Counted from the stretch's first letter, positions 8,858-17,709 are shown. The stretch is 32,000 bases of DNA from Ignicoccus hospitalis KIN4/I (GCF_000017945.1 NC_009776.1:480001-512000), one strand, 5' to 3'. The notes: a model not told the origin generated them from the letters alone. Made by a program: numbers and translations.

Positions 8858-10344
8858 CCTATCACCCCCGCGAGCAGTACTGGCATCTGGTGAACAGCCT
8901 TAATTAGCGGGTCCATTACGAGGGCTGGCACGACGCCTATTATGACGCTTATCGCGAGCAAGTACAGTATGGGGCCTATGTGGTAGAACCGAACGTCCTT
9001 TACCTCCAGAGGCGGGCGGGTGAAGAGCATCCTCTGAGCGTCCCATATCAAGTAGCCCGTGACGGTCGCTATGGCTATTAACAGTAGTGCCAACACCAAG
9101 GAGCCTGCGGGGTTGTACTTTGCCATGCCAGCTGCCGAGGCCACCAAGCTGAGCTCCGCCGGGTAGCCGCTGGTGCCCGGCAGCCCGAAGCCGGCGAAGA
9201 TAGCAACCATTATTACGGTGCTGAGTATCGGCGCCACGAAGGCCAGCCCCCTTATGGCGGGTATCTTCCTAGTGTGGCAGTAGTGCTTTATGACCCCGCT
9301 GAGCAAGAACAGCGCCCCTACCACGAAGCTGTGGGATATCATTTCGAATACTGAACCTATGAAGCCTAGCAACGAAGCTTCCTTGAGGCCCAAGGCCCAT
9401 ACGGCGGCCCCTATGGTGCTCATGCTCATGTGAGTGATGCTGGTATATGCAACTACCCTCTTGAAGTCCTCTTGAGCTATGGCCACGGTGGAGGCGTATA
9501 CCGCCGCCAGAGCCGCCCAGACCGCTATGAAGGGTAGGGCACCCATTAGGACGTAGGGTGCCATTCCCAAGGTTATCCTTATGAACGCGTAGCCGCCCAT
9601 CTTTAGCATCAGCGACGCCAGTATGACGGAGCTCGGACTGGGCGCCTCCACGTGGGCGGCGGGGAGCCACGTGTGGAACGGCGGGACCGGCATCTTGATG
9701 AAGAACGACAGCAAGGTTAGCCAAGCGAAGGCTACCTTAACCCAGTCCGGCGCCACCGCCAAAGAGGCGGCGAACTCCGTGAAGTCGAAGGTGTTGGCCC
9801 CGTAGAGCCAGCCCAGCGCTATGGCAACCAACAACATTAACCCTCCCACTTGGGTGTACACGAAGAACTTGTAGGCCGCGTACACCTTCCTCTCGCCGCC
9901 CCAGTAAAGTATGTGGATGAACATTGGCAACAGCGTGAACTCCCAGAAGAGGTAGAACCAGAAGAGGTTCCACGTCGCGAAGACCCCTATGAGGGCTGCC
10001 TCTGAGGCCAGCATTAGTGCCAAGTACAGCCTGGGCCTTTCCTCAATCTCCCAGCTGGCCGCCCAAGCTACGGCGATGAAGATGAGCGCGGTTATCGCTA
10101 AGAAAAGCGAGCTGAGCGCGTCCACTCTGAAGGTCAAGTCAGCCCCTATGGCGTGGAGGCCCGGTATGACGTAGCTCTCCGAATAGATCCCCCCGGAGGC
10201 CCCGACTACTATGGGCTTCGCCAGCAGTAAGGCGATAATTACCGTTATGACGGCCGCAAAAGCCTTGGCCTTCCTTTCACCTATTAGCAACACTCCTACC
10301 GACGCTAAGGCCGCTATTATTATGGATACTAACACCTCACACAC
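8854..10344 (-). CDS. nuoM: NuoM-like antiporter subunit
   Basis: FYLFWEFTLLPMFIHILYWGG, KMPVPPFHTWLPAAHVEAPSPSSVILASLMLKMGGY and RVVAYTSITHMS motifs. Confidence 0.93.
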   Translation of the reverse strand: MCEVLVSIIIAALASVGVLLIGERKAKAFAAVITVIIALLLAKPIVVGASGGIYSESYVIPGLHAIGADLTFRVDALSSLFLAITALIFIAVAWAASWEIEERPRLYLALMLASEAALIGVFATWNLFWFYLFWEFTLLPMFIHILYWGGERKVYAAYKFFVYTQVGGLMLLVAIALGWLYGANTFDFTEFAASLAVAPDWVKVAFAWLTLLSFFIKMPVPPFHTWLPAAHVEAPSPSSVILASLMLKMGGYAFIRITLGMAPYVLMGALPFIAVWAALAAVYASTVAIAQEDFKRVVAYTSITHMSMSTIGAAVWALGLKEASLLGFIGSVFEMISHSFVVGALFLLSGVIKHYCHTRKIPAIRGLAFVAPILSTVIMVAIFAGFGLPGTSGYPAELSLVASAAGMAKYNPAGSLVLALLLIAIATVTGYLIWDAQRMLFTRPPLEVKDVRFYHIGPILYLLAISVIIGVVPALVMDPLIKAVHQMPVLLAGVIG

Positions 10345-10347
10345 GGC

Positions 10348-12426
10348 TTACCACCCCACACCGAACAACAATATCAGCGTTACAAACATCAATAACGTCA
10401 GCCCTGCCGCTGAGAGCGCTACGTAGAGGTTTATATCGCCGTTCTGTAGCTCGAGAGCCTTCTTGCCCAGCTTGACTACAGACCTCGCAAGTCCGTCGAT
10501 CACCTTGACGTCCCAGTAGTCCTCGTCCGCCAGCCTAACGCTTACAGCCCAGCCCCACGCGTAGGCGCGGCCTATGAAGAAGGCCATCCCGACCAAGAAG
10601 GCTGTATAAGCCCTCTCGACGGCGTCCACCGCCTTCGACAGCGCGTAAGCCCAGAAGTTGGCCACGGAGTGGAAGAACTCGTGGAACCAGAACTCCTTGT
10701 AGAGCGGGTACCAGACCTTCCTTATTATCCCGCCCCTCTCGGCGACGCCCATTAGCACGTAGTAGGTGATGGGCGTTAGGAAGCCTATTATGGCCAAGGT
10801 TAGGGCCGCGTTGCCCAGAGGGAGCTCGTACCTAGGCAAGCCCTCGTGGGCCCGGAGCGCCTTCTTCAGCGCGAACGTTATCGTAGGGCCGGAGACTAGG
10901 ACTATCAGCGCTAGGGTAACCAATGCGAACTTCATCGCGGGGCCGGCGTCGTGGAGGTGCTCCCCGTGTGCCTTCCAGCGCGGCTTGCCGAAGAAGGTGA
11001 GGTACAGCAGCCTTCCGCTGTAGAAGCCGGTCAAGCCGGCCGCTAAGGTGAGCGTCACCCCTACAGCTAAGGCGTGGGGGACCGGGCTGTGGAGCGCGCT
11101 CTCTATTATTAGCTCCTTAGACCACCAGCCTGAGAAGGGCGGCAGGCCTATCAAGCTCAAGAGCGCTATTAACGTCACCACGAAGGTAACTTTCATGTAC
11201 CTCCACAGCCCGCCCATGTTGAACATGTCCCTAGCCTTGTAGGGGTGATGCAAGACGTGCTCTAAGGAGTGTATGACCGCGCCCGCGCCCAAGAACAGGA
11301 GGGCCTTGAAGAAGGCGTGTATGTACAAGTGCGCCGCCCCGGCGACCAAGCTCCCCAATCCCAGAGCGGCGAACATGTAGCCCAGCTGGCTCATGGTGGA
11401 GAAAGCTATCACCTTCTTTATGTCTCTCGCCGCCGCGCCGAACAAGCCCGCGACCAGCGCGGTCACCGCTCCGACTATCGCTATGAAGTCCATCAGTGCC
11501 AGGTTGAAAGCTATGAACTCCTCGTACAAGGGGAAGAGCCGGGCTATTAGGTAAGCGCCGGCCGCCACCATGGTGGCGGAGTGGAGCACGGCGGAGACGG
11601 TCGTGGGTCCCTCCATGGCGTCGGAGAGCCACGGCCAGAAGGGCACTTGGGCGCTCTTGCCGAAGGCCCCTATGGTTATCCCTACCAGTATTGCGGTCAG
11701 CGCCGCCGCCCCCAGCCACTTCTGGAACGCTAAGGTCTCGTAGTGCTGAAGCTCCAAGACGTTACCCGTGCCCGCCAAGGCTATGAGCGCGCCCAAGCCT
11801 GCCAAGAAGAATAAGTCCGCCACCCTGGTGACCAGTATTGCCTTCCTCCCCGCCCTCACCGCGTTAGGACCTATAATTGGGTCGTACCAGTAGTAGGAGA
11901 TCAGCAGGAAGCTGGCAGCTCCCACCAGTTCCCAGAACAACATTATCAAGACCAAGTTTCCAGAGAGCACTATACCTTCCATCGAAGCCAAGAACAGCAT
12001 CATTTCGCTGTAGTACCGGTTGGGGCCGCGGGCGCCGGCCATGTATTCCCAGCTGTACACCAAGTCCAAGAAGGTTATCGTAGCTACTACTATTGCCATT
12101 ATTCCTGAAATAGTGTCAATGAGGAGGGAGAAGTCGTTGGGATGTGAGGGCAGGGGGTACCACGAGTAGTACTTAATCTCGTAGCTCTTGCCGTAGCCCT
12201 CCGCAAGCAAGTAAGCGGTAGCTAAGACCACTACCCCCGCCGTCGCGACCGCTAAGGACCACTCCCACCAGTCCTCCCTGTCGCCGGCCCACAAAGGCTT
12301 GAACTTAATCTTCTTCTTGTACAATGGACTGAGCAGCACAATTATTGAGATCACTAACGGCAAAGCTATGGGAACTGGCGCGACCAACGCTAAGCTCGGC
12401 GGGACTTGGTGAGACGCGCCTTCCAT
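10348..12426 (-). CDS. nuoL: NuoL-like antiporter subunit
   Basis: FWELVGAASFLLISYY, KSAQVPFWPWLSDAMEGPTTVSAVLHSATMVAAGAYL and KVIAFSTMSQLGYMFAALGLG motifs. Confidence 0.93.
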   Translation of the reverse strand: MEGASHQVPPSLALVAPVPIALPLVISIIVLLSPLYKKKIKFKPLWAGDREDWWEWSLAVATAGVVVLATAYLLAEGYGKSYEIKYYSWYPLPSHPNDFSLLIDTISGIMAIVVATITFLDLVYSWEYMAGARGPNRYYSEMMLFLASMEGIVLSGNLVLIMLFWELVGAASFLLISYYWYDPIIGPNAVRAGRKAILVTRVADLFFLAGLGALIALAGTGNVLELQHYETLAFQKWLGAAALTAILVGITIGAFGKSAQVPFWPWLSDAMEGPTTVSAVLHSATMVAAGAYLIARLFPLYEEFIAFNLALMDFIAIVGAVTALVAGLFGAAARDIKKVIAFSTMSQLGYMFAALGLGSLVAGAAHLYIHAFFKALLFLGAGAVIHSLEHVLHHPYKARDMFNMGGLWRYMKVTFVVTLIALLSLIGLPPFSGWWSKELIIESALHSPVPHALAVGVTLTLAAGLTGFYSGRLLYLTFFGKPRWKAHGEHLHDAGPAMKFALVTLALIVLVSGPTITFALKKALRAHEGLPRYELPLGNAALTLAIIGFLTPITYYVLMGVAERGGIIRKVWYPLYKEFWFHEFFHSVANFWAYALSKAVDAVERAYTAFLVGMAFFIGRAYAWGWAVSVRLADEDYWDVKVIDGLARSVVKLGKKALELQNGDINLYVALSAAGLTLLMFVTLILLFGVGW

Positions 12427-12494
12427 TATTTAGACACCGAATTGAGAGGGAAGAAAGGCGTTGATAAAACTCATCTTCCGGGCCTCGTAGCGGC

Positions 12495-13034
12495 CTAGTA
12501 AACGAGGACCTCTACCTCGTCCCCGTCCTTAAGTTTCAACGCCTTCCTCAACTCCACGGGCGAAATTAACTCTATTATCTCCGGCGGGTGGTGGGTCTTC
12601 AGGGGTATAACCAAAGCCGCCTCCACCCCACTGACCCTCGCCGGGAACGCCAAGACCTCCCCATACCTCTTCCCGTTCTCCGTAAATCCCTTCAATATTA
12701 TCGGTCTTTTGAACATAAGGGTAGACTTCTTCTCCGTGGATGTTGGGTCCAACAGCACGTTGAGGGTACCGGGGAAGGGGTCGAAGCCCAGCTTCTCCCT
12801 CACTTGCCTCCGGTAGCCCTCTAGGGATAGGTAGTACCTCCCCTCCCCGTCCCCGCTCACCACCTTGCCTTTCAAAGATATGGGCTTGGAAATCAGTTGT
12901 TGAATAAGCTCCATTCCCTTCTCCGTAATCCTCAAATCCTCTGTAAGCAACTTCGCCTTCTTCAGGGATTCCAAGTCCTCCTTCAAGGCCTTGTAGGGGT
13001 CTCCCTTGAGGACGTAGTATAGGGCCGCCAGCAA
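12495..13034 (-). CDS. ribK: Archaeal CTP-dependent riboflavin kinase
   Basis: GKVVSGDGEGRYYLSLEGYRRQ, FDPFPGTLNVLLD and ALVIPLKTHHPPEIIELISP match archaeal RibK architecture. Confidence 0.88.
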   Translation of the reverse strand: MLAALYYVLKGDPYKALKEDLESLKKAKLLTEDLRITEKGMELIQQLISKPISLKGKVVSGDGEGRYYLSLEGYRRQVREKLGFDPFPGTLNVLLDPTSTEKKSTLMFKRPIILKGFTENGKRYGEVLAFPARVSGVEAALVIPLKTHHPPEIIELISPVELRKALKLKDGDEVEVLVY

Positions 13035-13062
13035 CCGCAGTACCTACTGCGCCGACGCCCTC

Positions 13063-13072
13063 GTTTTTATAA
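13063..13072. promoter_or_regulatory. TATA-like element between ribK and a divergent small membrane ORF
   Basis: GTTTTTATAA on plus, read TTATAAAAAC on minus, in the 51-bp intergenic gap. Confidence 0.4.
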
Positions 13073-13085
13073 GGCATGGGCGGAG

Positions 13086-13298
13086 GTGGGCTTCGGGAAG
13101 CGGGACTTGGTGAACGTGGTGGCAGCGCTGGCAGCGCTGGTGGCCGGCCTGCTGGCGATGTTGGTGACCGCTGCCGTGCTCCAGCTGTTGCGCCCTGTGA
13201 TAGATATGTCGGTTGACGCGCTGACGTCTGGCCTCTCGTCGACGGTATCGATGTTGGTGGCCCTGGTGGTAACTTACTTACTCGTGCTCTCTCACTAA
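13086..13298 (+). CDS. Small two-TM hydrophobic protein (start uncertain; TTG 13107 or GTG 13110 also possible)
   Basis: Alternating hydrophobic segments VNVVAALAALVAGLLAMLVTAAVLQLL and STVSMLVALVVTYLLVLSH; GGAGGTG and a TATA-like box lie just upstream. Confidence 0.55.
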   Translation: MGFGKRDLVNVVAALAALVAGLLAMLVTAAVLQLLRPVIDMSVDALTSGLSSTVSMLVALVVTYLLVLSH

Positions 13299-13311
13299 GG
13301 GGGTGATCGTG

Positions 13312-13482
13312 ATGGATTTGAAACTGATACTGGCTATTATAGTATTCATAACCGCTTGGGTCGTGACCTACACCGCCTTGCAGACCGCCGGCAAGTTCAT
13401 AATACACACCGCCGTCAACCTGATACCCCCTATAGTCGGCGTGATAGTGGCCTCCCAAGTCTACGCCATGCTGGCCGCCTGA
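13312..13482 (+). CDS. Small two-TM hydrophobic protein, 56 aa (not in the supplied ORF track)
   Basis: My translation: MDLKLILAIIVFITAWVVTYTALQTAGKFIIHTAVNLIPPIVGVIVASQVYAMLAA. Preceded by a GGTGAT Shine-Dalgarno-like site at 13302-13307. Confidence 0.6.
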   Translation: MDLKLILAIIVFITAWVVTYTALQTAGKFIIHTAVNLIPPIVGVIVASQVYAMLAA

Positions 13483-14343
13483 GAACGCTTGGAAGTACTG
13501 GTTCCTCACGTCGTCCACTAACAAGTGCAAGTAGATTTGAGTAGTTTTTATGTCGCTGTGGCCTAAGAGCCTTTGCACGGCGGGCAAGCTCATCCCCCTC
13601 CTAAGCGCCTCCGTGGCGAAGGTGTGCCTCAGCGCGTGGGGGTGGAGCTTGTGCTCCGGCAAGCCCGCCTTCTTAGCTAACCTCTTGAGCCTCTTGTACA
13701 GCGCTTGATAGCTGAGCGGAACTAGCCTTCCCGAGGGAGCAATATAGCTCCAAGCCCTCCGGAGGGCCTCCTCCGTCAGAGGGCCGTAGAACACCACGCG
13801 CTCCTTGCCGTACTTACCCCTAACCGCTATCTGCCTCCGGCGGAAGTCCACCTTGTCCAAAGTTACGTTAAGGGCCTCGGAGGCCCGTAAGCCTGTCTCA
13901 AGGAGCAAGCTGACTATTAGGAAGTCTATAGGGTCTTCGTAGGCCGCTTGGAGCAACGCCGCCACCTCTTCGGGCTTCAAGGCCTCTACGCTGTCCTTCC
14001 TAGGCTTGGGGACCGCCGGCAAGCCCTCCAAGCCCAACCACTTGAGGAAGTTCCTGACGAACAAGCTGTAGTAGTGCAAGGTAGTCTGTTGTGCCCTCTT
14101 GTCCTTCTTGACGCTCCGCGGGAAACCCTCCTTCATCCTCTTCCTCACCCACTTGACGTAGTCCTCGTACTTGACCTCGCCGACCCTCTTGTCGCCCACC
14201 ACGCTCAAGAAGTCCTTGAGCGCGGATCTATAGCTCTTCAAGGTTTTCTTGTTTGCGCCCGAAACCTCCATGAATTCTAGGTATTCCTCTATCGCAGACG
14301 AGAGGGGCTCGTCCGGCGACGGCTTGAGGGGCGGCTCCTTCAT
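13483..14343 (-). CDS. xerA: XerA-like tyrosine recombinase/integrase; recognisable homology ends near 13483 although the frame stays open to 12529
   Basis: ETGLRASEALNVTLDKVDF, HPHALRHTFATEALRRG, VQRLLGHSDIKTTQIYLHL: catalytic R, HxxR, H and Y (Y codon at 13531-13533). The extension past about 13483 looks like a shadow frame. Confidence 0.85.
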
Positions 14344-14396
14344 TGCGTTCCCGCTTCGCGTATTAGCTCTCAGAGAAGGTTTATTAGGGAGCGAGT

Positions 14397-14711
14397 GTGG
14401 AGACCTTTCCCCTCTTCTTAGCCCTCCTAACGGTCTACTTGTTCCTTGGACTGGCCGACTACTTCACTACCTTGGCCGTGGTCGAAAGCGGGGAGGGGAG
14501 GGAGGTCAACCCGATAATGGCCCCGCTCGTGGCGGCCGGGGAGCCGGCGCTGTGGGCGCAGCTGGCATCTGGGGCGCTCTCCGCGGCCTTCTACCTAGTG
14601 GACCCCGGGGAGGCCCTCGTCGGCCTCTTAATAGTCACGGTTCTGAAGGCCTTAGTAGTTGTGAACAACTCGATAAACGCCTACCTAGTCGTGTTAAAGT
14701 TAAGGAAGTGA
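14397..14711 (+). CDS. DUF5658-like small membrane protein
   Basis: LADYFTTLAVVESGEGREVNPIMAPLV, about 3-4 TM segments. Confidence 0.6.
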   Translation: METFPLFLALLTVYLFLGLADYFTTLAVVESGEGREVNPIMAPLVAAGEPALWAQLASGALSAAFYLVDPGEALVGLLIVTVLKALVVVNNSINAYLVVLKLRK

Positions 14712-15295
14712 GGTTCGGGAAGAGGGTCGTGGTCGAAGAGCAAGAAGTGCTAATTGAGAGGGGCGTGAGCTGTTTGGTTGGCCCCTCCGGGCTGGGGAAG
14801 AGCACCTTCCTCAAACAACTCCTAAAGGAGCTTTCTTGGCCTTACGTGCCTCAAGAGCTGAAGTTCCCTCCCGGGAGGGTCGCGGAGCTGGCGGCCCACT
14901 TAGCTTCCCTGAACCACTGCGCGAGCCCCCGTACGTACCTCAAGAACTTCGTTGAATTGATGGGAGAGCTCAACCTAGGCCCGGAGTACCTCCACAAGGG
15001 CGTTTGGGAGCTCAGCTCGGGGGAGAGACAGAGGGTCGCAGTAGCCTTGCAGCTGGCCAGGGGGTGCTGCTCTCTGCTCGCCGACGAGCCCACCTCCCAA
15101 CTCGACCCGCAGAACTCCGCAAAACTTATGGACACTATAAAGAAGAGGACTAAGGTTTCCTTCGTGGTGACCCACGACCCCGTGGCCTTGGGCTTCTGCG
15201 ACCGCGTCTTCACGCTGAGGGAAGGGGTATTGGTAGAAGAGGTAATCTCAAAGGACTGTTTGGAGGGGTGCGTTAGATGTTTCCTACCCTCTTAA
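14708..15295 (+). CDS. Stand-alone ABC-type ATPase (195 aa)
   Basis: Walker A VGPSGLGKSTF, signature ELSSGERQRVAVALQLARG, Walker B LLADEP, H-loop THDP. Start GTG 14708 overlaps the upstream stop (GTGA); the supplied ORF is extended too far upstream. Confidence 0.85.
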   Translation: MRFGKRVVVEEQEVLIERGVSCLVGPSGLGKSTFLKQLLKELSWPYVPQELKFPPGRVAELAAHLASLNHCASPRTYLKNFVELMGELNLGPEYLHKGVWELSSGERQRVAVALQLARGCCSLLADEPTSQLDPQNSAKLMDTIKKRTKVSFVVTHDPVALGFCDRVFTLREGVLVEEVISKDCLEGCVRCFLPS

Positions 15296-16511
15296 ACTTA
15301 TCTTTGGACTTGAGGGGGGCGGTGGCGTCGAGCCCCATCTTGCTAGTCAAGCCGTCTTGTGAGCTCGGGTCCAAGGAGGAGCCCCGGGCGTTCTTTATCA
15401 CTATTAAGTCCTCGTGGGCTTGGAACCGCGTCGCTATGGCCCACTCCACTTGGTAAGGGTCGTCGGGGTCCACGTCCGGGTCTACAACCACTACGTGCTT
15501 CAAAGAGGGGTGGCCGGCGAACGCGGCCATTATGGCGTTCTTCGCGTCTCCGTCGACGTTCTTCTCAACGCTCACGACGGCGTGAAGCCACATTCCCCCT
15601 CCCCTCGTCAGCCTCACCTTGTGAACCTTGGGTACGACCTTCCTCACGGAGTCCCATATGCTAGCCTCCTTCGGGTACCCCATTAGGAACTGGTGCTCCA
15701 CACCCCCGGGCAGAATTATGTGGAGGGGCTCCTCGCCGACGTAAACGGCGTCGACCTCCAGCACGGGCTCCTTCCTCACGGAGTCGTAAGTGTGGAGCAA
15801 GTCTACGAACGGGCCCTCGTCTACCCTCTCGGCGGTTATGCGGCCCTCTATGACGGCCCCCGCGCGGGCGGGAACGGGGAGGGAGTACAAGGGCGTCTTG
15901 CTCACCTCCAAGGAGCCGGCGAGGCTTGCAGCGACCTCCAGCTCGAACTCCCCGAAGGGGAGGGAGAGGGCCGCGGCGAACTCCACCTCGCTGGGGGCGC
16001 CTATCACTACCGCTACCTTGAGTTCTTCCCCTCTCTCGAGGGCTTCTTTGTACATCTTGTACAAGTGACGGGGTACCATCCTTAAGGCGGCCTTGCGGGG
16101 CCCCAAGTACATCGTTCTGTGGTAAGAGGCGTTGCAGACGTCGTCCAAACAAGCGACGTAGACGCTCGCCGTGTGGTAAGCTCCCCCGTCCTCTGGGTAG
16201 AACTTGACCCAAGGCAAGTAATCCAAGCTATCCACCTTTCTGTACGAGAACGGAACTATCTCCATCGTACCCTTTTTATAGTGCAAGAGCTTCTCATAGG
16301 CCTCCTCGTCGCTCCCCGCGTTCAAGGCCTTCCAGACGGCCTCCCTTGAGGAGTAGAGGGCCGAGACTACCTCCGGCTCCCAACCCTCCACCTTATAGAT
16401 TACTGGCTTTCCGAGCCTCTCGTACTTTTCTAAGACCTCCTTTACCCTCTCCCGCGGGACCTCGCCTATCCTCTCCGCGCCCAAAGCCTCCGCCAGCTCG
16501 GAGAGCCTCAC
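15273..16511 (-). CDS. UbiD-family decarboxylase (candidate trans-anhydromevalonate 5-phosphate decarboxylase)
   Basis: GAYHTASVYVACLDDVCNASYHR, VVVIGAPSEVEFAAALSLPFGEFELEVAASL, PGGVEHQFLMGYPKEASIWDSVR and VDPDVDPDDPYQVEWAIATRFQ. Substrate is inferred from archaeal pathway knowledge. Confidence 0.82.
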   Translation of the reverse strand: MRLSELAEALGAERIGEVPRERVKEVLEKYERLGKPVIYKVEGWEPEVVSALYSSREAVWKALNAGSDEEAYEKLLHYKKGTMEIVPFSYRKVDSLDYLPWVKFYPEDGGAYHTASVYVACLDDVCNASYHRTMYLGPRKAALRMVPRHLYKMYKEALERGEELKVAVVIGAPSEVEFAAALSLPFGEFELEVAASLAGSLEVSKTPLYSLPVPARAGAVIEGRITAERVDEGPFVDLLHTYDSVRKEPVLEVDAVYVGEEPLHIILPGGVEHQFLMGYPKEASIWDSVRKVVPKVHKVRLTRGGGMWLHAVVSVEKNVDGDAKNAIMAAFAGHPSLKHVVVVDPDVDPDDPYQVEWAIATRFQAHEDLIVIKNARGSSLDPSSQDGLTSKMGLDATAPLKSKDKFKRVGNI

Positions 16512-17167
16512 CTTCGCCCCCTAACCCCTCGGGGCAGGGGGACTTTTGCGTGTCTGGCGAGCGTCCCGAGGCCCAAGGACTCGTAGAATTCAACTGAGTC
16601 CTTCTCGTAGACTTTGTCTATTACTATTAGGTCGTAACTCGGCCTGCCCTTGGGCTCCCTCAGCTTCAAGCTCTCCTCGGTGTTTACGTGAGCGAACTCG
16701 AGGGGGTCTCTGGTCAACAAGGCGCTCCCCACCAGGACCGCCCTCTCCGCCTGCCTGAGGAAGTCCGTCATCTTGCCGCTGAACACAGTGAAGGAGCCGG
16801 GGTTGACCACGCTGAGCACCGTGGCCTCCACGCCTTCGCTGTGCAAGGGGACCGCCACCTCGGCGTCGAAGGCTTCTCTGAAGGCGTTCAAGGCCTCCAA
16901 CGTACCCCTCTTAAGCCAAGGGTGGTCCCCGGGGGCCACCGCCCACGTCCCCTCGCCCAAGGCCCTCACCGCGTGGGCCGGCCCCCTCCCCTCGTCGTAC
17001 ATACACTTGGCGAAGCCGTAAAGCTTACACCTCTCCTCACTAGTCGTAAGCCCCACGTCCGGCCTCAAGTTTAACAAGACCGCGTCTATTACCCTCCTCC
17101 CGTCGACCAGAGCTAACAGCTTGTCCTTGCCGAAGCGCTTGCTCCTCCCGCCGGCGAGGACCGCTAC
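16508..17167 (-). CDS. MobA-like NTP transferase; non-canonical start suspected (supplied ORF starts at 17077)
   Basis: Frame upstream of the TTG at 17077 encodes VAVLAGGRSKRFGKDKLLALVDGRRVIDAVLLNLRP, the nucleotidyltransferase N-terminal motif. AVAPGDHPWL and FAHVNTEESL follow downstream. Confidence 0.8.
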   Translation of the reverse strand, partial: VAVLAGGRSKRFGKDKLLALVDGRRVIDAVLLNLRPDVGLTTSEERCKLYGFAKCMYDEGRGPAHAVRALGEGTWAVAPGDHPWLKRGTLEALNAFREAFDAEVAVPLHSEGVEATVLSVVNPGSFTVFSGKMTDFLRQAERAVLVGSALLTRDPLEFAHVNTEESLKLREPKGRPSYDLIVIDKVYEKDSVEFYESLGLGTLARHAKVPLPRGVRGRR

Positions 17168-17682
17168 CCTCGTAGCTCCTTCACCATTAAGTAGGCGTCC
17201 TCGCCGTCCAAATAGTATGCACGTATCACCTTGTAGACGGTGTAGCCGAACTTCGAGTAGAGCCGGATGGCCCTCTGGTTGCTGACCCTCACCTCGAGGA
17301 ACGAGAAGTCCACGCCGTCCTCCTCCAAGCGTCTCAAGTACTCTCTCATCAAAGCGCTACCAACCCCCATCCCCCAGTACTCCTTCAAGACTCCCAAGGA
17401 AAGGAGGTGAGAGGCCCTCTCGCCGGCCTTCACCCTCTGTGCCAAACTGACGTCCGGTATCATTAGGCTCCCCCTCCTCTCTATTATGGACATTAGGTAG
17501 CCGACCACCTTCCCGTCCACGAGGGCGACGAGGAAGTAGCGGGGACTGATCTTGTGTATGAATTCGAAGAAGCTGAAGGGGTAGTTCTCGGGCAACACCG
17601 CCCTGTTTATCATAACCACGGTCGGCAAGTCCTCGTATTTTGCTTCCCTGACCTCGACCTCCCTAGCCTTAATTGCCGTCAC
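17164..17682 (-). CDS. GNAT acetyltransferase, archaeal Ard1/NatA-RimI type
   Basis: EVREAKYEDLPTVVMINRAVLPENYPFSFF, SLGVLKEYWGMGVGSALM and LEVRVSNQRAIRLYSKFGY. GTG 17682 is preceded by GGAGGTG; the supplied N-terminal extension to 17955 is antisense to coaBC. Confidence 0.88.
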   Translation of the reverse strand: MTAIKAREVEVREAKYEDLPTVVMINRAVLPENYPFSFFEFIHKISPRYFLVALVDGKVVGYLMSIIERRGSLMIPDVSLAQRVKAGERASHLLSLGVLKEYWGMGVGSALMREYLRRLEEDGVDFSFLEVRVSNQRAIRLYSKFGYTVYKVIRAYYLDGEDAYLMVKELRG

Positions 17683-17709
17683 GCGCGTCCACCTCCGGCA
17701 GTGGGAGGG

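Noticed and set aside
11231-11719. 162-aa minus-strand ORF
   Set aside because: Alternate frame inside nuoL; Gly/Arg-rich shadow translation.
12529-13482. C-terminal 300+ aa of the supplied 604-aa recombinase ORF
   Set aside because: Composition is Gly/Pro/Ser/Arg-rich and it runs antisense to small ORFs and out of frame through ribK; treated as shadow coding, though the missing stop is reported as a finding.
13483-14343. Integrated mobile element around the recombinase gene
   Set aside because: Neither tRNA is adjacent, no att-like direct repeats were seen, and neighbours are housekeeping genes; a chromosomal XerA role is more likely.
14249-14707. N-terminal extension of the ABC ATPase ORF
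   Set aside because: Overlaps the recombinase 5' end and the DUF5658-like gene in another frame; GTG 14708 gives a normal-length ATPase.
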